From contig JBHGNT010000002.1 of assembly GCA_043228905.1 (NCBI GenBank), positions 4,216,001-4,280,000 of the forward strand: a DNA stretch of 64,000 nt, read 5' to 3'. This DNA comes from Azolla caroliniana (lineage: Eukaryota; Plantae; Polypodiophyta). Below the pieces are notes generated by a model. That model had not been told where the DNA came from. It ran no database searches and saw nothing but the letters and a program-made list of their open reading frames with translations. Below are positions 56,909 through 64,000 of the stretch, in pieces (within the stretch, counting starts at the first letter, position 1; every line of letters begins with the position of its first letter). The position numbers and the translations under genes were made by a program.

Positions 56909-59900
56909 GTGGAGGGTCGGGCCTTATACGTGCTTCTGAAATGGAATCGCCTACAGATTGGGGTGCTAAACATTTATGCCCCTAACTCAGCCCCCGAGAG
57001 AGCAATCTTTTGGAGGATGTTAGCGACAACATTACCTGATGTCGAGGCTTGGGTAATGGCAGGTGATTTCAACATGACTGAACTCCTGGGAGATAGGAAA
57101 GGAGGAACCCAGAGGCCTATTTATGGTGTGGAGCTGGATTCATGGGCTTTCCTAATTGGCAAAATCGGGGTGAATGATACATGGGGCTCTTCCCTTAGGA
57201 GAAGCTCACATTCGCTGCACTTTTCCAGAGCCGTTGGGAATGCTAGGGGCAGTAGTCTTGCACGGCTAGATCGCATATACATCAGCTCATCCCTCGAAGA
57301 GCTTGGGGGCTCCTTTGCTATCTTGGCAGGTCTTACCTTTTCAGATCATCAGCCGGTGAGACTAGACCTTAACCCACCCATCGATAGCAAGGGCAGTCTC
57401 AATGTGAAGATCCCCACAAAGATCATGAAAAGTGAAGAGGTGAAGGCCGGTTTACAGAGTATATGGCAGGACACCACGGGCAGTGAATCAGCTAGCGAAG
57501 ATTTGCAGAAAAAATTGGCCCTCTCCTCCTCCTTTTTACAACAGGAGACCAAGCGCGCCCTCCAACAAGTTAGAGCCATTGAAACAAAATTAAGGAAGGC
57601 CGTTGCGGCAGCACAACGGCTACTACAGGTAGACCCTAGTTGCAATTGGTCTAGAGCTAAGCTGGAGGAAGCAAAGATGAAGGTACAGGAAAGGACTTTG
57701 GAGAAGAACCGAATGTTGTTTCGAAGAAACGCAGCATGGTGGGCTAGAAAAGACGACAAGGTCAACCGACATTTCTTTCACTACAAGGCACCCAAGGGTG
57801 GTGGAGGACGTATCCAAGGGTTGCGCAAACCAGACGGCTCAATAATGGAAGACAAGACTGAGATTCTAGAAATGGCAACACAATACTATCGTGACCTCCT
57901 CGCACCTATGCATGTGAGGCAAAACACGAAGCTGACTGATCGAGTGATGTCTTGCATTCACCCCAAGGTAACCCAAGCGATGGAAGTTGTGCTCGATAGC
58001 CCCATCTCTCGTTTAGAACTCTCAAAGGCGCTTAGGCGATTGCGAAGGGGTGCATGCCCCGGCCCCAATGGTCTCTCAAGAGATTTCTTCGAGATTCATT
58101 GGGAATGTGTTATCCTGTCTTTGGAAGCCGGAGTTCAAGAGATTTGGTCCTCAGGAAAGATGTCGATTGGTCTGGCTGAGGGGATGATATATCTCATCCC
58201 CAAAGTGTCAGAGCAAAGCCTAGAGTTGCGCCAGTGGCATCCAATCACGATCCTTAACACGGCATACAAGATACTCGCTAAAGTCCTAGCTCGGCGGTTA
58301 GCAAGCTTCTTACCGGACATCATCCATGACAATCAAACTGGATTTGTCAAGAACAGGTCTATCTTTGATAATGTGTTGCTTCTTTGTGAAGCTATGGCAT
58401 TGGCCTGTCGCTCCGTATCGAGCTCGATTATTCTGATGTTAGAATTCGAGAAGGCCTACGACAGGGTGCTATGGCCCTTTTTGGAAAATGTGATGAGAAC
58501 TTTGGACCTACCTCCAAAATGGAGGAATTGCACTTCTGCACTCTATCGGACAACTACGAGTAGCATGCTGATGGTTAGTTCTAGGGGACCCACCTTCCAA
58601 CTACAACGCTCAGTGAGGCAAGGTTGTCCCCTAGCCCCATATCTCTATCTCTTTGTAACCGAGGCTTTCTCCGCCTACTTACAAGCACCAACCAGTGGGC
58701 TACAGGGATTGCCCATCCCCAATGTGACTGAAGATTTGTTGTTATCTGAATATGTTGACGATACGGTTCTTTTCTTGCAAGGTGATGAGGAGAATTTGCA
58801 ACGGGTTGAACATCTTGTCGAGGACTTTTGTCGGGTGGCTGGTGCCAAGATCAATTGGAATAAAACCCAAGGCCTATGGTTCAGCGAACAAGAGAAACCA
58901 AGATGGCAACCCCATGCCGATTTTATGTGGGTCCCTAATGGGACGACGTTCAAGTACCTTGGATTTACGATGGGGAGGTCAATCCCCAAGGGAGCGCAAT
59001 TGGCCCATGTACAAGCCAAAATAAATAGGAAGTTGAACCAATGGAGTAGATCTAAATTATCCTTCACTGGTAGGGTCCTTGTTGCGAACCAAGTGTTGCT
59101 CGCTACCATGTGGCACTCAGTCTCATGCTGGATTATGGACCCTGCACGTCTGCACGCGATAAAGGCTGCCATCAGGGGGTTTATATGGTCAGGTAAGGAC
59201 AACCCAAGGGCTGTTGCCAGAGTGTCATGGTGCTGGATAACGCAATCGCGGGCTAAAGGGGGGCTTGGCCTCATAAACCCCTTAATGCAGAGTTGTGCAT
59301 TGCTAGCTAAAATGGTGGTTCACTGCCTCCTGCCAGGTAAGGGGTGTTGGAAGGTACTACTTCGCAACAGGCTGCAAGCAGGGACTCCCAAGTATGGTAG
59401 GCCTTGGCCTGACTCCTTGAATTGGTGTTGCACGAGCGGAGTCCCACCCAAGCTGGCTTGCCATCCGGAGGATAGGGTCGCGAACTCCATTTTGCGGGCA
59501 TGGTGCCATCTACAACAGCATTTGGTCAAGCACACCCCGGAGACATTGATCGAATGGACTAGACAGCCACTATTCTGGAATCCTCACGTGCGAACAAGTG
59601 ACGACACGATGCTAGGGCAACTTAAGGGCCAAGCATGGGGAAAGCTGGCACAAACAAGCCTCCTATCTATAGACGATTGGAGACGCATGGTTGTTTCAGG
59701 AAGAGCCCAAGAGGACCTTTTCCCTCCCCTCAAGGGAGCTACGAAAATGCGGAGATTGATAGTTGAGGCAATTGACAGGGTTCCGATGGGGGAGGCGAGA
59801 GAACATGCATGGTTTGGTCTCTTTGACGAGGCTGGAATGGTCAAGTCGCTAAAGGGTGTGAGCGGATCGGGGAGAGATGCAGTTTTTGGGGACAGTCAGA

Positions 59901-60208
59901 GCAGGGGCTCTTGGCACCCAATCCGAGTGGTGGCACAGGTTGATAACATTTGGAAGACAGGCCCGAATGTTGCTAAGGTGGAACCCCATTGGAGGTTAAG
60001 GGTATACGGCTATTGCCCCCTTGTCGATCTGGATTGGGACCCAGGGGATTTCAGATGGAAACATGATGATAGACTCCACCACTTCTTCGATTACACCACT
60101 AAATTGGGTCGAACTTTGCAGCTGCAGCTAGGTGGCCCCCTTCGCAATGGCTGGCGAACATTGGGCATCCCCGATGAGGCGCTCCTTAACTTTTGGAAGG
60201 TTCTCTAG
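56909..60208 (+). CDS. L1 ORF2 main segment (endonuclease-RT); part of a disrupted ORF2 spanning 51044-~60900
   Basis: NIYAP, GDFN, RLDR, SDH endonuclease motifs; FEKAYD, RQGCPLAP, YVDD RT; zf-RVT follows at 60218. Confidence 0.9.
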   Translation: MEGRALYVLLKWNRLQIGVLNIYAPNSAPERAIFWRMLATTLPDVEAWVMAGDFNMTELLGDRKGGTQRPIYGVELDSWAFLIGKIGVNDTWGSSLRRSSHSLHFSRAVGNARGSSLARLDRIYISSSLEELGGSFAILAGLTFSDHQPVRLDLNPPIDSKGSLNVKIPTKIMKSEEVKAGLQSIWQDTTGSESASEDLQKKLALSSSFLQQETKRALQQVRAIETKLRKAVAAAQRLLQVDPSCNWSRAKLEEAKMKVQERTLEKNRMLFRRNAAWWARKDDKVNRHFFHYKAPKGGGGRIQGLRKPDGSIMEDKTEILEMATQYYRDLLAPMHVRQNTKLTDRVMSCIHPKVTQAMEVVLDSPISRLELSKALRRLRRGACPGPNGLSRDFFEIHWECVILSLEAGVQEIWSSGKMSIGLAEGMIYLIPKVSEQSLELRQWHPITILNTAYKILAKVLARRLASFLPDIIHDNQTGFVKNRSIFDNVLLLCEAMALACRSVSSSIILMLEFEKAYDRVLWPFLENVMRTLDLPPKWRNCTSALYRTTTSSMLMVSSRGPTFQLQRSVRQGCPLAPYLYLFVTEAFSAYLQAPTSGLQGLPIPNVTEDLLLSEYVDDTVLFLQGDEENLQRVEHLVEDFCRVAGAKINWNKTQGLWFSEQEKPRWQPHADFMWVPNGTTFKYLGFTMGRSIPKGAQLAHVQAKINRKLNQWSRSKLSFTGRVLVANQVLLATMWHSVSCWIMDPARLHAIKAAIRGFIWSGKDNPRAVARVSWCWITQSRAKGGLGLINPLMQSCALLAKMVVHCLLPGKGCWKVLLRNRLQAGTPKYGRPWPDSLNWCCTSGVPPKLACHPEDRVANSILRAWCHLQQHLVKHTPETLIEWTRQPLFWNPHVRTSDDTMLGQLKGQAWGKLAQTSLLSIDDWRRMVVSGRAQEDLFPPLKGATKMRRLIVEAIDRVPMGEAREHAWFGLFDEAGMVKSLKGVSGSGRDAVFGDSQSRGSWHPIRVVAQVDNIWKTGPNVAKVEPHWRLRVYGYCPLVDLDWDPGDFRWKHDDRLHHFFDYTTKLGRTLQLQLGGPLRNGWRTLGIPDEALLNFWKVL

Positions 60209-63179
60209 CGTCTCCACATGCCTGAAAAGATCAAGCTCTTTTGGTGGCAGATCGGTCATAATGTGGTGCCCGTTGGCAAATGGCTAGATAAACGTGGCGG
60301 CCCATTAGGCTGCCCACTGTGCTCTCGACCTATTGAGACTCTGAGACATTGTCTGTGGGATTGCCCTCAAGCTCAAAAGGTATGGGATAGAGTGACTTGC
60401 CTCCTTGTGGCATGTGAAGTTGAAGGAACATCCTCGTGGAGCGCTGCGGCATGGATTGATCACTCGGTCGAAGGGTGGACAGACGTCGTCAATGCGGATA
60501 GTTGGTACTATGTATGCACAAGAGGCAAAATCGTCAAGATCCGTTTTGAAAGAGGCTTGTAGCCCGCATCCCCTAGGTTTCCGGAAATCTAGATGTTGAT
60601 CGCAGGTTTCACCTTGTGGTATATATAGAAAGCGCGTTGCCTCAAGGTTTTCCAAGGTACGGTATGGCCCCCGGAGGAAGTGATCATGGACATATGGTTC
60701 ACGCTTATTAGCTGCCTACGAGGGCAACTGGAAGAGGTTTGCAGCCACTCCAACGACGTGGTCACTGCCCGTTTGCGCTTTTGGCAGAAATGGCGAAACA
60801 CACCTATGGTGATGCAAGGCGGGAGTGGCCCGAGGTGGAACTACTAGCCCCCACATTGGTTGTTTACTACTCACCTGCCACCCTCTCTTCGTTGTAGGCC
60901 CCAAGAGCCGACTCGTACTAGGCAACATTGAAGGGCATCGCCTTGGATATAGGTAGCTTCTTACATTAAGTCAGGCCGCAAGGCATTGTAAGTAGGCTCA
61001 TCTTCTTTTACTTGATCGGAGGAAGACTCCCCGATGTGTGTATAAGTCTCCTTGTAGACTCTCTATGTAATAATCCTTCCTAACTAATGGGAAAGTAGCT
61101 TCATTTTGAAAAAAAAAAAATACCTTTTGGGCATATTGTAGCTTGCCTTCACCTTTATACCAATGAAACCGTCTTGTATGACAAGGTTATAATTGTTAAT
61201 TCTTCACACATTCAACCACTCTTGGATATAGTCAAGATGCTTTTATAATTATCTATCCTACTATTGTTTTCTTGCGTCTAGGTAGGCTACATCCTAACCC
61301 TTGAACCCTATCCACCAACCAAATCAACTTGTTTACCATTGCGTTATATTCCTCACATTCTCCATTTTCCTCTTTTATTCCGTCCCATCTTTTGGTTTAC
61401 AAACCAATGTTCATTCCTGCTTACATGTGCTTCCTTAATGTCAGTTCCTCCAATGCCCACAACAAAGGATGATGTCACATGTCAAATTTGTATAAGCTAT
61501 GAAAAGCATATATTGTTCCAAGATATGGCATTACGAAGATTTGTGGGCTTTTGAATGCCCTTAGTGAGTGTTTAGTGCCTAGATTTTTAAGGTCATCGGT
61601 AGTTTGTCGCATGCTTACTCACACTTTCTCTTCCCTATGTTTTCCATAACACTTCATGGATTAGGGGTGTAGTATGGGCAACTTAATGGTTATGAACACA
61701 TCCATCTCAATTTCCATGTAGAAAGAAAAAAAAAACTCTTCTTTTTATTATGTATTTTGCTATTAGAATTCTACACATCAAATTTTGGTGAATGTGCATC
61801 TATGTCCTTCAATTGACCACCTATTTGTGGAATCTCAACAAGGTCTCTAGCTCATCCCCATTCCTAAGAGCATCATTTAATATGGGACAATTGCCTTGAC
61901 TCATAGATTGCATCATAGGAACAATGTATGTACCTGTTTAATGTCATGACACTCTTATAAAAGACTTCGATAACCAATGAAATCAAATGGCCAAATGTTT
62001 TTCTAACTATCTAGGTTTCGACTAACACGTTATGCACATGCTAATCGGTGGTTTGTGGATACATCAATTCCAAGTACTTAAATGAACTCGCACAATCGAT
62101 AGATTCATTTTTACATATGGGCATGGATAGACATCTACATGGTTTGTTTCACAACAATATATTTCTCTTCTCTGTGTTTTCTTTTATGATGGAAGCCTAT
62201 GTGAGGGCCTTTATGCTCTCTATGGAATCTTGGAATGTTATACAATATTTTGCTTCTAAATTTTGAATCACAAGATTGTTTGTGAAGAGCAACAAGATGA
62301 ATATCCACAAACGCGTAACCTAAGCATGAATATAATTTCATATTCTTAATATTCAAAAGCATGCTCGTTAAATTGTTACATTCATTAGCAGTAACAAGTA
62401 TTGATGGTAGAGCAAAATATCTTATTTGTTCCTCTTTTACACCCTATAACCTATAAGGCACTCTCCAAGACATACACATTGCAATCCAATAGTTCACATA
62501 GAGTATCCTTGGGATTCATATTCCATCCATGTTGTAGTTGTAGAGTAGACAAAACACAACTTATGTGTACTTCCTTGAAATTGTTCACTTTATGAAAATA
62601 AGTTGCTCATAGGTCATTCCAACATACAAATGGTAAAGTATTGAAGTATGGAAAATATTTTGGACTTGGAGAGAATATAAAATATGGTTGAACCCATTTA
62701 TTGTATAGCGATGATGCATATTATGCAAAGTGAAGATGAAAGAATGGACAGATGCAAGTAAAGAAAAGCCTAGGCATAGGTGGATTACATAAGTTTACCA
62801 CGCATTACAACCTGCATGTTCAATATCTTCATTGGGTTATGCAAAAGCGTTTGTAATAGGTATTAGGGGATTAATAATATTTTCATACACTCCTATATGT
62901 ATATGTGAGGGCAAGCGTGAAAATGAGGCACAAGCAACGTCATGTTGGCACCTAGCTCATTTGGTTTTATGAGAAAATTCATGTTGTTAAGTGTTACATT
63001 TTGATTGTCACCAACCATAAAGTCTTCAAGATGTCTAATATTTCAAAACAATGCATTGCATGCCATACATGTGTTTTGAGAGTAATTTGGAGCGCAACCT
63101 CTAGATGTGTTTAGAGAGTAATTTGGAGTGCAACCTCTAGATTTAGTAGTTAAAGCCCTATTTTTATAGTATGATGGCC

Positions 63180-63660
63180 GAGCCTTTATGTTGCACATTT
63201 TCATTGTTCTATTTCTTGATCATTTTTTAGACTAAATGGTCTTCTTCGTTTTTCACTTTGGCCTAAATATATAAAAAAAGATAGGGAAATCTGATTCAAG
63301 TGATAATATGGTATACCATATACAATATAGAAGTAAAGAACATTTTTGTAGAAGAAATTTATGGAATAGAAGGGACAAAAAAACACATCAATGTGAGTTG
63401 CATTTATGACATATTAGAAGATTATGTGGCTTTATGAAGGCCTTCGAATTCAAATTAAATATCCCCTTGTTTGTCACCCATGTGACATGTCTTATGGCTA
63501 GCCACTCCAAAAGTCATAGACCTTTTGAAATCCACAAAGTAAAATAGCGCGTGAAGGGGAGAGGAGGGGGTATCTAAGACAAGAAACTTCAAACATACTC
63601 TTTTGTTATCCATATTTGCCTTTCTAGATGACATACGAGCTTGCATTATCATATGGTACC
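63180..63660 (-). pseudogene. Possible highly decayed hAT-like transposase remnant
   Basis: Weak motif resemblance only (SPLHALFYFVD). Confidence 0.2.
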
Positions 63661-64000
63661 AAACATTCCCCTTTCCTAAAACTTTGTATATGCCAATAGT
63701 TTATCCTATTAGGATCAAGAGTGAGTGATAATCCTTAATCCTTGTGCATGAACATACAAATGATTATAAAGGTCAATCAAACTCCCATTTTACCCTTGAT
63801 AAGGGCATTGACGTCTTCTCAATCCATTTGCATGACAATGGAGGCAATTCAAGTTAAAAAAATCTTGTGTTTTGCTATTCCACAGAAAATTGAATTTGAG
63901 CTCAAGTTCTTCTTTTGATCTCAAATTTCTACATACATGAAAGCAGTCGTTGGCCCCTCATTCACTCAAAACCAAAGCTAGTTTAAGTTTTTGTTAAATT

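Larger units (their letters stand above)
50608..61120 (+). mobile_element. LINE C: 5'-truncated poly(A)-tailed L1, interrupted by Copia
   Basis: ORF1 tail 50637-51047 overlaps the ORF2 ATG (51044, MRILTWNVQG); poly(A) 61109-61120; TSD AATACCT. Confidence 0.88.

Noticed and set aside
61121-64000. Host gene or exons in the AT-rich tail
   Set aside because: Only short ORFs without convincing motifs; small exons cannot be excluded by eye.

Overview
Eukaryotic, almost certainly non-seed land-plant (fern/lycophyte/bryophyte-like; inferred from the retroelement lineages) heterochromatic DNA. It is made nearly entirely of nested retroelements, and I recognise no host protein gene. Layout: (1) 1-6925, a head-to-tail array of a non-autonomous Gypsy element (3198-bp period, shared ~1-kb LTRs) inserted into an older Gypsy (6926-10609). 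(2) ~10.8-16.2 kb, a decaying array of ~14 tRNA-Leu(CAA) copies, one structurally intact (14749-14832). (3) 16861-22084, a rearranged Copia remnant with nested LTRs. (4) 22762-49373, a self-priming chromovirus (TSD GTATC) whose 5' LTR is split at its (CT)n tract by two tandem LINEs that end in (GA)n, not poly(A). One LINE hosts a Tat-like element whose LTR is a spacer-less ~630-bp palindrome, and a tRNA-Trp-primed Gypsy with a 4-bp TSD and a -1 frameshift cassette after protease. (5) 50608-61120, an ordinary poly(A) L1 interrupted by a very young Copia. The best candidates for undescribed biology are the palindromic LTR, the (GA)n-targeting plant LINEs and tRNA-like Pol III boxes inside chromovirus LTRs. 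All coordinates and alignments were read by eye.
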